A stretch of 63,726 nt of DNA, filler included, from Octopus bimaculoides (Eukaryota), in the NCBI RefSeq assembly GCF_001194135.2. It is 5 parts of 5 records of this genome, joined end to end, with 100 filler letters (N's around TTAATTAATTAA, not from the genome) between each part and the next. Parts side by side here need not be neighbours in the genome. Positions count along the whole stretch, not along the records: positions 1 to 25,555 come from NC_068987.1; 4 more parts are not named here. One strand, written 5' to 3'. Below the pieces are notes generated by a model. That model worked only from the letters and a program-made list of their open reading frames with translations, was not told where the DNA came from and did no database searches. Shown in pieces: positions 1 through 13,860 of the stretch. The stretch's first letter is position 1. Every line of letters begins with the position of its first letter. The translations under genes and the position numbers were made by a program.

Positions 1-102
1 ATAACTACATATATAGATGAATATGCAGATAGCCAGGCAACTAGAAACAAGGACATACTCTTAGAAATATAGTCATATATATACTGATAGATAGGTAGGT
101 AG

Positions 103-183
<81 letters not shown>

Positions 184-691
184 TGATACTTGTTTACACT
201 GACAGAATGGTTAATTAAATTGACAGTCAGCTCGACTGTGAGATAAACGAATGCTTAGATCTAGCTAAATATATTACAATCTGTCGTATTTAAAGGACTT
301 ATAATATTTGAAGACTTCAACCTGTTGAAGAATGGTGCTCGGCTCGCCATGCTTCTCTTATCATCTTTTGTTTTTTCTTCTCCCTCCAAACCCGTTCTAT
401 AAACACGAGATTTTACGAACAAAAACAATGTTTTTCTTCAGGTTTATTTTTTCTGGTCACAGACTTTACGTCGTCCAGCGACGCGACAACCTCTCCAAAT
501 AAATACATAAATAAATAAATAAAAGAACAACTGCTACTGCTGCTTCTGGTCGTACCACTACCCCACCTTAACCACAAGCATCGCCAATACGATTATCTCC
601 ACTATGACTGGAACAGCAACCACGCCACCACCATTACTGCAACTACTTCCACATCACTACAACAACGGCAACTAAAACAACAACAACAACA

Positions 692-755
<64 letters not shown>

Positions 756-856
756 AGCTACTACTACTACTGCTGCTATTACTATTACTACTACGACGGC
801 GGCAAAGACGATGACGACGACAACGTAAAGGAACTAATATCTCTCAACAGTAGTTC

Positions 857-1160
857 GGCGAGCTGGCAGAATCGTTAGCACGCCGGGCGAGGTGCTTAGC
901 GGTATTTCGTCTGCCTTTACGTTCTGAGTTCAAATTCCACCGAGGCCGAATTTACTTTTCGTTCTTTCAGGGTCGACATTTTAAATACTAGTTGCGTACT
1001 GGGGTCGATGTAATCGACTGGCTCCCTTCTACCAAAAAAAATTTCGGGCCTTTTGCCTAGAGTAGAAAAGATATATACTAAATATCAACTGCGTACTGGG
1101 GCCGATCTAATCGACTGGCCCCCTCCCTCAAAATGTTGGACATTGTGTCTAGAGTAGAAA
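857..1160 (+). mobile_element. tRNA-headed SINE family A, full-length copy with tandemly duplicated 3' tail
   Basis: Head GGCGAGCTGGCAGAATCGTTAGC (A-box-like) and GAGTTCAAATTCC (B-box-like). Body matches about 10 other copies in the window. The tail segment ending GCCTAGAGTAGAAAAG occurs twice. Confidence 0.85.
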
Positions 1161-1164
1161 AAAG

Positions 1165-1330
1165 TAGTTAAGTTTGCTCCGCAATCAGGTGACATTAGGT
1201 TCAGTCCCACTGTATGGCATATTGGACAATTACCTTCTAATATAGCCTGAGGTCGATCTATGCTTTGGGAAAGCCCGTCGTATATATTGATATATGAAGG
1301 TCTTCCAGGTGTCGTGTTTGTGCGTGTTCG
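1165..1330 (+). mobile_element. SINE family C, degenerate head/body fragment
   Basis: GGTTCAGTCCCACTG...GGCAT and AAAGCCCGTCGTATATAT match the head at 55672-55812. Confidence 0.5.
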
Positions 1331-1414
1331 TGTAGGTGAATAAAAAAGAGTAAAAACAATGATTATCTAGAAAAAACGTGTTCATAATAGTTTATTCGTA
1401 AATTCATAACTTAT

Positions 1415-2030
1415 TAAGATATTCTTTTCTACAGAAGGCCTGAAGTTTTGAGGGAGGGGAGCAATTGATTAGATCGACACCAGTACGCAACTGGTACTTA
1501 ATTTATCGACCCCGAAAGGATGAAAGTCAAAGTCGACCTGGGCGGAATTTGAACTCAGAAAGTAACGGCAGACGAAATACCGCTAAGTATTTCGCCCAGC
1601 GTGCTAATGATTCTTATTTCTTTATTGCCAACAAGGGGCTAAACATAGAGGGGACAAACAAGGACAGACAAAGGGATTAAGTCGACTACATAGGCCCCAG
1701 TGCGTAACTGGTACTTTATTTATCGACTCCGAAAAGATGAAAGGCTAAGTCGACCTCGGCAGAATTTGAACTCAAAACGTAACGGCAGACGAAATACCTA
1801 TTTCGTTATTGCCCACAAAGGGCTAAACATAGAGGGAACAAACAAGAACAGACGAACGGATTAAGTCGATTACATCGACCCCAGTGCGTAACCGGTACTT
1901 AATTTATCGACCCCGAAAGGATGAAAGGCAAAGTCGACCTCGGCGGAATTTGAACTCAAAACGTAACGGCAGACGAAATACCGCTAAGCATTTCGCCCGG
2001 CGTGCTAACGATTCTGCCAGCTCGCCGCCT
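1415..2030 (-). mobile_element. SINE family A, three nested/tandem copies
   Basis: The unit GGTACTT(A/T)ATTTATCGAC(C/T)CCGAAA...GACGAAATACC occurs three times. The outermost head ends GCCAGCTCGCCGCCT at 2030. Confidence 0.9.
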
Positions 2031-3281
2031 TAATTTATTAAAATATTCATGCATACTTTCAAAAGTTCATACACGAATATGATTAATGAATCACAATGTG
2101 CAATAATTTTCCATATTTGTCCGAAATGAAATGAGAATAAACCGTGATGAGCTGGTGAGGTTGTATCGAAAAATGGGTGGCTAGCAAGATATGATTCCAA
2201 TGAGGCAGGGTGCAAAGTGTTCTAAGGTCAGTCCCTCTGCAGAGCATACAAGATGTTGGTCATCAAGAAGCCTGTAAGTGAGAGTTCATTAAAATGGTTG
2301 GTGACAATAGAGGTTGCTCAAAGCTGGTTGTCGATCAGAAAGTGCGACATTGACTTTGACCGTTCCCCATAACTGCATTAATATTCCTCTCACTTTCCTT
2401 TGCGTTGTTGCCTGCCGAATATGCTCCTTTGTCACTTCCACTATAGCTCTGAGAAAGTCGAACTGCACTCCTCAAAATTTGCATTAAGAATAAAGACAAG
2501 GTAAAATTTAATACCTGCTTTTATAGCAAGTTGATACAGGTAGTTTATTCCGTCTCCCTGCGACTTTTAGTTCATGCAATTGAAAAAAAACCCGCATTAT
2601 TTATGGGATTACCCTATACATGAACATGAACAAAGAAGCACGCTACAAAGTTTAATAAAACAAAAAAAAAACTGAGAGACAAAGAAAAAGCATTTCGTGA
2701 ATATACGTAAGTAAATATACAAAGATACACAAGTATACAAACATATATATCTATACGCTCAGCGAGAACTCTCCGACATAAACAATGAAAGACAAATGCA
2801 AACACTCATCTGATAATCTCTATCTCAGCTAAGGACAAATTCTTAATATATCAAACTAAAAATGATTCCAAGATAACTAGAAATATTTAGAAATACAAGA
2901 ATGAAAAACAAAGTCGAGTTTTGCAAAGAAAACACTTAACTCTAATGATTCATTTCTGAAAGAAGAAAGGGGAAAAAAATAACGTTATATTCTTCGGTGT
3001 GGAATAACTACAGAGCAGACAACTGAATTGCCATTGTTTTTATTTTGTAGTTATGAAAACAATTGTCGGTCAGATGGTTCTTACAATTTGACCTTTGCAT
3101 GTCCAACAAGGACCTGATCATTTGTAGGAATTTAGAGAAATAACAACAAAACTTTTTGACAAATACACACACGCGCGCACACAAACACACGCATACACAC
3201 ACGTACACAAACATTTAAATATACGTATGTACTGTGTATGTATATATCTATTCTCTCACTGTCTCTCTGTCTCTCTCTGTC

Positions 3282-3356
<75 letters not shown>

Positions 3357-3360
3357 TCAT

Positions 3361-3435
3361 TCTTTCACTTGTTTCAGTCAATGAACTGCGGCCATGCTGG
3401 AGCACCGCCTTTTAGTCGAAGAAATCGACCCCAGA
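3361..3435 (-). mobile_element. SINE family C 3' tail
   Basis: Reverse complement reads GGCGGTGCTCCAGCATGGCCGCAGTTCATTGACTGAAACAAGTGAAAGA, as in the tails at 25691 and 57675. Confidence 0.8.
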
Positions 3436-3439
3436 ACTT

Positions 3440-3454
3440 TGTAAGCCTGAACAC

Positions 3455-3508
<54 letters not shown>

Positions 3509-3720
3509 TAATAATAATAATAATAACAATGATAATAACATCGAAAAAATACTTTAGGAATGAGAACCCAGGTTCGAAATTTTCCCAGGACGCCTGAAGA
3601 AGGCTGTAGGGTATATCAGCCGAAACGTTGTGTTAACAACAAACAAGATGAGGACAAATATCCGTCGAATGTAAATAATGTAAATAATTTAAATAATGTA
3701 AATAATTTAAATAATGAACT
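3440..3720 (+). mobile_element. Penelope-like short element copy: (AAT)n tract + pLTR-like tail
   Basis: About 90% identical to the two arms at 23765-24369. Ends in (AAT(G/T)TAAAT)n tandem units. Confidence 0.8.
3589..3634 (+). ncRNA. Minimal type I hammerhead ribozyme motif (copy 1)
   Basis: GACGC-CTGAAGA-A-GGCTG(tagggtatat)CAGCC-GAAA-C-GTT|GTGTT gives the CUGANGA and GAAA core, a 5-bp helix II, a helix I with G.U pairs, and a palindromic AACGTT in place of helix III. Confidence 0.65.
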
Positions 3721-4616
3721 ATTTATCGCGCTGGTAAAAACAATAATCGACCTAGTAATTGCTTTCGATGTAAAATTAGCATCTGTATTTAGAAAAAAGA
3801 TAGAGAGAAATCAAGGGAAGATAATTAAGTACACAGCAAATATAACCACCGTTTTACAAATATCAAAAACTACGGAAGCCATTACTTTAATGTGTTTTGA
3901 TGTTCCCCATGGTTTATTCTTCATTCTTGCCAAAATGCAGACGGGTAGAACAAATCTCACTTCTCGTTATCTATACAGTCCTTAAGTGTTTTTTTTTTTT
4001 GAAATACAAGTTTTCAGGAGATGAGACTGAACATCTTTTTTTGACTCGTTAATATAAGGTTTGGTGTTAGAAAAATATCTATTTGATGCTGCAGATGATG
4101 TTCTCACTTAAGTTCCCGAATGCTGCTTGCGTTGTTTGCGAGTAGGCGTACGTCGTGGGCCTGCATGTGTTGTTCTACATATACTTCAACTAAAATTTTA
4201 AAAAAATGACGTTGGAGAGCGTTTGCGAGAAAAATCTGAAGAAATTGTGATCTGTTATCATTCACGTTTTGTCCCCACTCACTAAGGAGTTTTGAATATC
4301 TTACACACGTTTGCCACACACACGTTTGCCACTTCTAAAATATTTATTCATTAAGTAGTTGAGCGTTCTATTTTTGTTGCATTTTTTTAAAATGGCGTTT
4401 CCAACAACCTTCTCGGTATTAATCTGGAAACCTGAACAACTCGCATAAAATAAGAAAATTATAACCCTCCACTGGCTGTACAAAATACCAGGAGCGAGAG
4501 TTTTCCTTCAAGTCCGCATGAAGAAAGAGCTGAAGCTTTACTCCCTAGAAAGAAAAGGGAAAGGTATCAAGTAACACTCTGCTACACACACATACACACA
4601 CGAGCAAGCATAACAC

Positions 4617-4647
<31 letters not shown>

Positions 4648-5896
4648 TACNNNNNNNNNNNNNNNNNNNNNNNNNNNNNNNNNNNNNNNNNNNNNNNNNN
4701 NNNNNNNNNNNNNNNNNNNNNNNNNNNNNNNNNNNNNNNNNNNNNNNNNNNNNNNNNNNNNNNNNNNNNNNNNNNNNNNNNNNNNNNNNNNNNNNNNNNN
4801 NNNNNNNNNNNNNNNNNNNNNNNNNNNNNNNNNNNNNNNNNNNNNNNNNNNNNNNNNNNNNNNNNNNNNNNNNNNNNNNNNNNNNNNNNNNNNNNNNNNN
4901 NNNNNNNNNNNNNNNNNNNNNNNNNNNNNNNNNNNNNNNNNNNNNNNNNNNNNNNNNNNNNNNNNNNNNNNNNNNNNNNNNNNNNNNNNNNNNNNNNNNN
5001 NNNNNNNNNNNNNNNNNNNNNNNNNNNNNNNNNNNNNNNNNNNNNNNNNNNNNNNNNNNNNNNNNNNNNNNNNNNNNNNNNNNNNNNNNNNNNNNNNNNN
5101 NNNNNNNNNNNNNNNNNNNNNNNNNNNNNNNNNNNNNNNNNNNNNNNNNNNNATATATATATATATATATATATATATATTCTACTTCTTTCAGTCACCG
5201 ACTTCAAGTATTTTAGTTGACTAAATCGTCCCCAGTTCATTTTGAAGCCTGGGAAATATTCTAATCAACTTCTTTTGCCGAACCGCTAGGCTACTGGAAA
5301 AAGAACACGTAAGTGGCTTATGACGGGATCTGGTCTCAGCAAGCATAAAGACAGAACAAATTACTCGAACGCTCTTATGACTCTACCAAGTATCCACTTC
5401 ACTATATATATATATATCAATGATCTTAGATGATCAAACACTCAGTCACTCAAATTTGGGATTGAAATCTACACCAGTCACCGAACTAGACATCACTGCG
5501 TAGTACCTATGATCCTGGTCTCGCCATCCCGAGTAATACTGAAACAACTTACGGTTCAACTGGTCACAAATTTTATTATCTTCATTACAGATGTCTCCTA
5601 ATATCGAAATAGATGTGTTAAAAAAAACATCTAAAAATGTTTTTATCTGAGATACAAGATGAAAACTCATCGTGGCAAAGCAAAAACAGAGCAACTATGT
5701 CAAAGTCACGTCTCCAGGATTAAAGTAAAATAAGCAAGAATTAATCCTGATGGGGGTGCCGTAGCATGGTCACAGCATCTCACTGAAACCACTTATATAT
5801 GCATGCATACACACACACTCAAACAAACAATCACACACACATACACAAATATATGCACACACACATACATATATGCATGCATATATATATATATAT

Positions 5897-5930
<34 letters not shown>

Positions 5931-7745
5931 ATATGCATATATATCTATATATATACATGAATATTTAGACATATATGTATACTTTTATGATGTGTGTTTG
6001 TGTGTGTGTGTGTGTGTGTACGAAAAGAGGAGTGAGAAAAGTACAAATGTATATAAGTGTATATGTAGATATATATGAATATTTATCCATATATGTATAT
6101 ACCCCTATATATGATTATATAAACTTAAACACACGCAAACGTACACACACAGACGTATACACACACACACATATATAAATATGTATATATATATATGTAT
6201 ATACATATATATTTACATATATGCATAAACACACACAAATTTTCATGAAGCATATTCCATACATATTCTGTAAATGATTGGAAGAATTATATATAAAAAG
6301 ATAACGCTTATTATATGTGGTGAAAGAAAAATAATCTCTAACCGTCTGAGCTAACAAGCAGTCCTCTGATAAAAGGAACGAAAAAAACCGTGATTATCTA
6401 ATTTTACCCTAATGCGTATGCTGATTGTTTGCTCGTTTTTCACGCCATTCCTAAACTAAGAATATGTCTGTATGAATATATATATATATATATATATATA
6501 TANNNNNNNNNNNNNNNNNNNNNNNNNNNNNNNNNNNNNNNNNNNNNNNNNNNNNNNNNNNNNNNNNNNNNNNNNNNNNNNNNNNNNNNNNNNNNNNNNN
6601 NNNNNNNNNNNNNNNNNNNNNNNNNNNNNNNNNNNNNNNNNNNNNNNNNNNNNNNNNNNNNNNNNNNNNNNNNNNNNNNNNNNNNNNNNNNNNNNNNNNN
6701 NNNNNNNNNNNNNNNNNNNNNNNNNNNNNNNNNNNNNNNNNNNNNNNNNNNNNNNNNNNNNNNNNNNNNNNNNNNNNNNNNNNNNNNNNNNNNNNNNNNN
6801 NNNNNNNNNNNNNNNNNNNNNNNNNNNNNNNNNNNNNNNNNNNNNNNNNNNNNNNNNNNNNNNNNNNNNNNNNNNNNNNNNNNNNNNNNNNNNNNNNNNN
6901 NNNNNNNNNNNNNNNNNNNNNNNNNNNNNNNNNNNNNNNNNNNNNNNNNNNNNNNNNNNNNNNNNNNNNNNNNNNNNNNNNNNNNNNNNNNNNNNNNNNN
7001 NNNNNNNNNNNNNNNNNNNNNNNNNNNNNNNNNNNNNNNNNNNNNNNNNNNNNNNNNNNNNNNNNNNNNNNNNNNNNNNNNNNNNNNNNNNNNNNNNNNN
7101 NNNNNNNNNNNNNNNNNNNNNNNNNNNNNNNNNNNNNNNNNNNNNNNNNNNNNNNNNNNNNNNNNNNNNNNNNNNNNNNNNNNNNNNNNNNNNNNNNNNN
7201 NNNNNNNNNNNNNNNNNNNNNNNNNNNNNNNNNNNNNNNNNNNNNNNNNNNNNTAACAAATTTTCCAGTCTTGATTAAATGAACCTTTTGCATTAGCATC
7301 TAAAAATAAAAGATTGCGGAAAAAAAAATCAAAAACATAATTGGATAAATTTTGGTGAATTTTTGTATCTATTGATATTTAAAAACTCTAAGTTGTTTGG
7401 GGTTTTATAGCCCAACCGACACAAAAAAAAAAAAGAATTGCATCGATAAATAAATATATAAATAAACGTATATGACAAGGACCCAAAAATAATGAAATAG
7501 ACCATAATTACATTTTGAAGTTGTTGATTTATCTTGAGATAAATGATATTATTTTGCAAAAATTGATGAAAAAGGAACTACATAACCCTGAGAAAGAATA
7601 TTTTTGACAGCCTTGCCAACATAAGCTTAAATAACTTTGTGAAATTTTATTTAACAAATGTCAGGGATGCAATAGCTTAAAAGTCTATTATAGTTTTGGA
7701 ATTCATGGTAACAATGGATTATTATTTACATTATTATCATTATTA

Positions 7746-7776
<31 letters not shown>

Positions 7777-10446
7777 GCTTATATGTATTTAGAAATCTAA
7801 TTTCCCACAGGGAAATCTTGTTTTCATCAAATAGAAATGATTTTTTTTTTGTATTTTCCCTTATTTTAGTTGCCATTTCTTACACATAAACCAATTACAA
7901 CATACACAGAAAAAAACTGTCTATGACAATTAGAACCAAAGTGAAGTTATAAAGCCCACTATTTTATGTCAAGAGCAAGATAAGAAAAGGGCATTTTTCT
8001 GAATGGATGTTACCCAATAGATAATATCTACGTGTTTTCCCACATTGTGTGCTTAAGGCATCAGATCTCACCAAACCATTTACAGTTAACGCCCTACTAG
8101 ATAGAAGAACGCACACAGGGGAGGTAATAATTGAGAAGAGGTTCCCAAGCGAAACACCTGCTAAGTTCTAGAGTATTGTCTCAGGAGAACGAAGTATACT
8201 TTGATGTCTTCTTCACTTATAAGTATCCACCTTCTCTTAGAACTCTTGTGCGTTCTAGCATTTGTTCTCTCTTCAAATATCATACATATTTTCTTTCTTA
8301 TTCTAAACAACTTCAGAATATTTTCTTCTGGAATGCTTACTATCAAACATTGTTTTTTTTTTCGTAGGTTGTAGAGCATAAATACATAATCCAATATGTT
8401 GATAGTCCAATTTGCCATTATTTCCTTATCTCTCAAGTTCTATTTATTGCTGGCTTCATAAGCTGGCATGATGATATGTAGGTCATCTGTTTTCTTATAG
8501 TAATGCAGTGAAATACGTTTAAGCGATGTATATATCTTGAACATCGTTACTAGGAAACTCGAAAAATCTACCTAAATACTAAAGCTGTCAGGAAATTAAC
8601 GCCAGTAGAAAACGTAAAGAAAATGAAGTTAATATTGCTCGGATATAAAATATTTACACAGTGAAGTAATCTATATTCATATCTGCCATGGTTTCCCACC
8701 TTAAAATCAACTTTGGACAAATACAGTTCTGACGAAAGAAATAAATTGATAATGATATACTTTCTGAAATACTGTGCACTAACACTTCCTATCCAGCTTG
8801 ATGGTGAAAAGTATATTCAATGACCTGAAACATTTCACAAAGGAAATTAAGATGGTATTTCTCCCCGTCTAATTAAATAATCATATCAAGAAACGATAAT
8901 CATGCTAAATTTGGGTGAGAAAATGTAATCAAGGAAACCATATTGTATTTATGGTTACACAAGCGATTAGAATGCGTAAAAAAAACTTATAATAGGTTTC
9001 TATCATTCAACGAACTGACAGGTTTGTATAGAGACAGCTAACAGAAAAGATTAATGGGATAATAAAGAGTTATCGGTGATGTTATAAGTCTTATAGGAGA
9101 TTGAAGGGCTGCCAAGAGTTGTGCTTGTAGGGGGTCAGTCTAAGAACGAAGTGTTCATGACCTTAGTACGTGATCAATAACCATTCGTTAGGTCGATCTG
9201 AGCTGAAATAGTTGGGGCAAGAAGATATAGTATGTCACTGCAAAAAGGAAAGAATACGATTTAATAAAATGCTTGACAGTCTAAAAATAGAAATATTTTT
9301 GAAATCACACTCTCCGTTAAAAAAAAAATATATATATAAAAAACAGCAACAACAACAGCAAACGAAAACAACAAACACAAAAGAAAACGATACTTGGGAT
9401 CCAGTGTTCAATAGATTTGCAAAACATAAGCTACTTATGGTTAGAATGTCAGACAGGCAAGCTTTTAGGACAGGTCTCCTTCAACATGTCTCGAAGGTCA
9501 TGGAAAGGTTCGTAAGCGATTCTTTTCCTCATCTGACTAAGCAATTAGAATAGATCATATGAATACCGCTTTGATGGCTGGAGTAAATATATAGTTGTAG
9601 AGATTCTACCAGGGTTCATGCAGACGGCTCGACTTTGTATTGTACGCTAGGGAGTTTTGACATACTGTAGCCTCAGTATAAGGCACCCAATGGGAAAATG
9701 ATATTATTAACCAAATTACAGATCCATGATTTCTGTGTCTTCCAATTCACTATGTTGGTTATGTTATGTGGTTAACTTTAAATTTTCGTTGTAGTTTAGC
9801 CTTAATAGTATAAATTTATGTTCAAGGGGATTCTAATAACCATGATTATTCAGGCTCGAATCACGAGAGGGTGTCACTGAGAGGAGTATTATCTGTTATA
9901 TCCGGTTGATCGAGCTATTAAGTAGAAACTCGCTGGATTGGAGTATATGAAGCATTTTGTAATAGTGACATACAATCATGTTCACACTCCTACGTACATA
10001 CATACGTACGCACGCACGCGCACACACACACATACACGCACACACACACATGCACATATTTGTATGTATGGAAGGATAGATAGATTCTATGCAAGAATCT
10101 ACGAGGTAAATGCATAGATTTTTACTATCGTTACTTCTATTAATTAAACAGTTGCAAAAGTCTGTCTTGTTTATACAACCTTACAGCGAACTATAAAAGA
10201 AATCTTGACTAAACTATATTTCGTTAAGAAATGCTGACTCTACACTTAACTGATTAATGTGAAATTGTATTTAAAACTACAATTATTAGGCGTATAACTC
10301 AATCAGGAAAACTTGCAGACATTTACAATAGTTCAATGTATCTAATTAATCACATTAATTTGTAAGTGCAGTACCAGCTAAACTCTATAGATCTACTTCA
10401 AAGAAAAGCTTAATATGCACTACAGGCATGTCAGTAATCTTTCTTT

Positions 10447-10518
<72 letters not shown>

Positions 10519-11119
10519 TTTTATTTAATCATCAGAAATTACAGAGTGACTCAAGGGCTCAAAGTTAATGTACATTGGCACTTATCGAACTGGTTTCTAA
10601 TACAATATTCCAAATTTGAAACCATTTTGAGACGTGCTGATACGAGAAATTCTCTACACTTGTGTTACTCACTATGCTATGGTAAATCACATAACATAAT
10701 GATTTATCCAGAATGGATCACCAGGGAACACTTTTTTTCGTAGAAAGATAGGGAGAACTAATATCATTAGTTCTTCGCAACTTTATGTAAAAGTGTGTTT
10801 CCCGATGATCAGTTGTGGTTAAGCACCTAATTGCACTTAGAAAATCCAATGAAAATTTCAAACAACCACAATGGTGAAACGTACGTAGGAACAAATGATA
10901 TAAGCTTGTGTTTATTTTAATTTCTCCTATATTTGTTTTGTATTTCATAACTAGTAAAATACTAAGTATAATAGTTACTTAACCACTATACTGGAAGCAG
11001 ACTGGAATAGGATAATCTACGGGGAGCTCTAAGTATAACAGTAGCGACCATACATCCATTTGTAGACACAAGATGAGATACGTGTATATATGTGTGGATG
11101 TGCGTGCGTGTGTGTGTTT

Positions 11120-11191
<72 letters not shown>

Positions 11192-12511
11192 NNNNNNNNN
11201 NNNNNNNNNNNNNNNNNNNNNNNNNNNNNNNNNNNNNNNNNNNNNNNNNNNNNNNNNNNNNNNNNNNNNNNNNNNNNNNNNNNNNNNNNNNNNNNNNNNN
11301 NNNNNNNNNNNNNNNNNNNNNNNNNNNNNNNNNNNNNNNNNNNNNNNNNNNNNNNNNNNNNNNNNNNNNNNNNNNNNNNNNNNNNNNNNNNNNNNNNNNN
11401 NNNNNNNNNNNNNNNNNNNNNNNNNNNNNNNNNNNNNNNNNNNNNNNNNNNNNNNNNNNNNNNNNNNNNNNNNNNNNNNNNNNNNNNNNNNNNNNNNNNN
11501 NNNNNNNNNNNNNNNNNNNNNNNNNNNNNNNNNNNNNNNNNNNNNNNNNNNNNNNNNNNNNNNNNNNNNNNNNNNNNNNNNNNNNNNNNNNNNNNNNNNN
11601 NNNNNNNNNNNNNNNNNNNNNNNNNNNNNNNNNNNNNNNNNNNNNNNNNNNNNNNNNNNNNNNNNNNNNNNNNNNNNNNNNNNNNNNNNNNNNNNNNNNN
11701 NNNNNNNNNNNNNNNNNNNNNNNNNNNNNNNNNNNNNNNNNNNNNNNNNNNNNNNNNNNNNNNNNNNNNNNNNNNNNNNNNNNNNNNNNNNNNNNNNNNN
11801 NNNNNNNNNNNNNNNNNNNNNNNNNNNNNNNNNNNNNNNNNNNNNNNNNNNNNNNNNNNNNNNNNNNNNNNNNNNNNNNNNNNNNNNNNNNNNNNNNNNN
11901 NNNNNNNNNNNNNNNNNNNAAAAACAAAAAAAACAGAAAAAAATACAACTTATTTTTCAAACCTACCACCTCTTCTCACTTCACCTCACTCACCCCATCC
12001 TAGTCCCTCACACCCTGAAAATCCCCCGCTCATCATAACCTCCCCTCCAAGTATTGTAAATATCCCTTTAGGACAGTTCCCTACAACTACCAATACCACC
12101 ACCACCACCACCAACGCCGCTGCCGCTACTACTACTACTATTACTACTACTACTACTACCACTGCTGCTGCTGCTGCTGCTATTACTACTACTGCTGCTA
12201 CTACTGCTGCTGCTGCTGCTTCCACTACTACTACTACTACTACTACTACTAGCAAAGAAATAATAGTAATAACAATAACAGAAACAACGATGACAATAAC
12301 GATAACGTTTAATAATAATAATAATAATAATAACTGTAAGAAAGAAATTAAAAGTAAAATAATCATGAAAATATAGGAAGCAAATAAAAAAAAACATGAA
12401 GAAGATAGAAAGTGAAATAATAGCCATGCAGTATATCTAACACTAGTGTTGCTTATTTAAGGAAGGTGTATAGCAGATATACACACATACATACTCACAA
12501 TACAGAGACAT

Positions 12512-13123
12512 ATTCTTTTCTCCTCTAGGCACAAGGCCAGAATACGCAAATGGTACTTAATTTATCGATCTCGAGAGGATGAAAGGCAAAGTCGACCACG
12601 GCAGAATTTGAACTCAAAAAACGTTAAGACAGACGAAATACCGCTAAGCATTTCGCGCGATGTGCTAACGTTTTTTATTATTTTATTGCCCGCAAGGGGC
12701 TAAACACAGAGGGGACAAACAAGGACAGACAAAGGGATTAAGTCGATTACATTGCGTAACTGGTACTTAAGTTATAGACCCCGAAAGGGATGACAGGGAT
12801 GAAAGGCAAAGTCGACCTCGGCAGAATTTGAACTCAGAACGTTAAGACAGACGAAATACCGCTAAGCATCTCACCCGTCGTGCTAACGTTTCTTATTTCT
12901 TTACTGCCCACAAGGGGTTAAACATAGAGGGGGAAAACAAGGACAGACAAACGGATTAAATCGATTACATCGACTCCAGTGCCTAATTAGTACTTAATTT
13001 ATCGACCCCGAAAAGATGAAAGGCAAAGTCGACCTCGGCGGAATTTGAACTTCGAACATAACAGCAGACGAAATATCGCTAAGCATTTCGCCTGGCGTGC
13101 TAACGTTTCTGCCAGCTCGCCGC
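12512..13123 (-). mobile_element. SINE family A, three nested/tandem copies
   Basis: Three repeats of the family A body, with junctions GTGCTAACGTTT..TATT..TTATTGCCC at about 12670 and about 12895. Confidence 0.9.
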
Positions 13124-13353
13124 ATTAGAGAAAGTCATAGTCATTCATACAAACATATGTAATGTCACCTTAAGACCATAGAAATAAGAGTAATATGGAT
13201 ACATTCACGCATATATATACAAGGACATTTTAAAATCGTAACAAAATACACGCAGGTATACAATAAAATGCATTGACGTACAAACTTAAGCATTCACACA
13301 TACACACATTAACAGACTCATCACAGATGCGTATTCATTAACATATTCACACG

Positions 13354-13398
<45 letters not shown>

Positions 13399-13619
13399 TC
13401 GCACACACATTTATGTTCACCCAAGATCGTAAACATTTACTTGAATAATCAAATGAAAGCATAGTTTTGATTTCTATGATATACTTACTGTATACTTACA
13501 GGGAATGCATAAAAAAACATTCATTCATAGTTGCAATATTATTGTATTACAAAACAATCTTTTAGAATTATTTGTTCAGGACCTCCTGAATAAATAAATT
13601 AAAAGAAAAAAACAAGTGG

Positions 13620-13860
13620 TAAATTACTTTCGCGAGTTATACCGACTCACAAGGGCCGGTTTCCTTGTTTCCATGGCTTATAAATTCCCCTCCTGGACGG
13701 GACACCGGGTTACCCATGTTTTGCAAGGTGAGTCGACTGGAGCAACATGAAATGAAGTGTTTTGCTCAAAAACACAATGCTCCACCCGGTGCAGGAATCG
13801 AAGCAACAATCTTACGATCACGAGTCCCAAAGCCTTAATCACTAAGCCACGCACCTCCAC
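13620..13860 (-). mobile_element. tRNA-headed SINE with CORE-like central domain
   Basis: Reverse complement starts GTGGAGGTGCGTGGCTTAGTGATTAAGG (A box) ... TTCGATTCC (B box) ... TTGAGCAAAACACTTCATTTCATGTTGCTCCAGT. The resemblance to the CORE domain is by eye only. Confidence 0.65.

Noticed and set aside
322-396. 75-nt minus-strand exon candidate with a good acceptor
   Set aside because: The donor (GTTGAA) is weak, two frames are open, and neither peptide is recognisable.
4104-4545. WGQNVNDNRSQFLQIF as an APE endonuclease relic
   Set aside because: The GDFN and flanking APE motifs are not recoverable.
5591-5723. Plus-strand terminal exon candidate MSPNIEIDVLKK...RLQD* after a TTACAG acceptor
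   Set aside because: No recognisable homology and no supporting upstream exon.
8161-8436. Minus-strand ORF vaguely like an L1 ORF2 C-terminus
   Set aside because: No diagnostic motif could be anchored.
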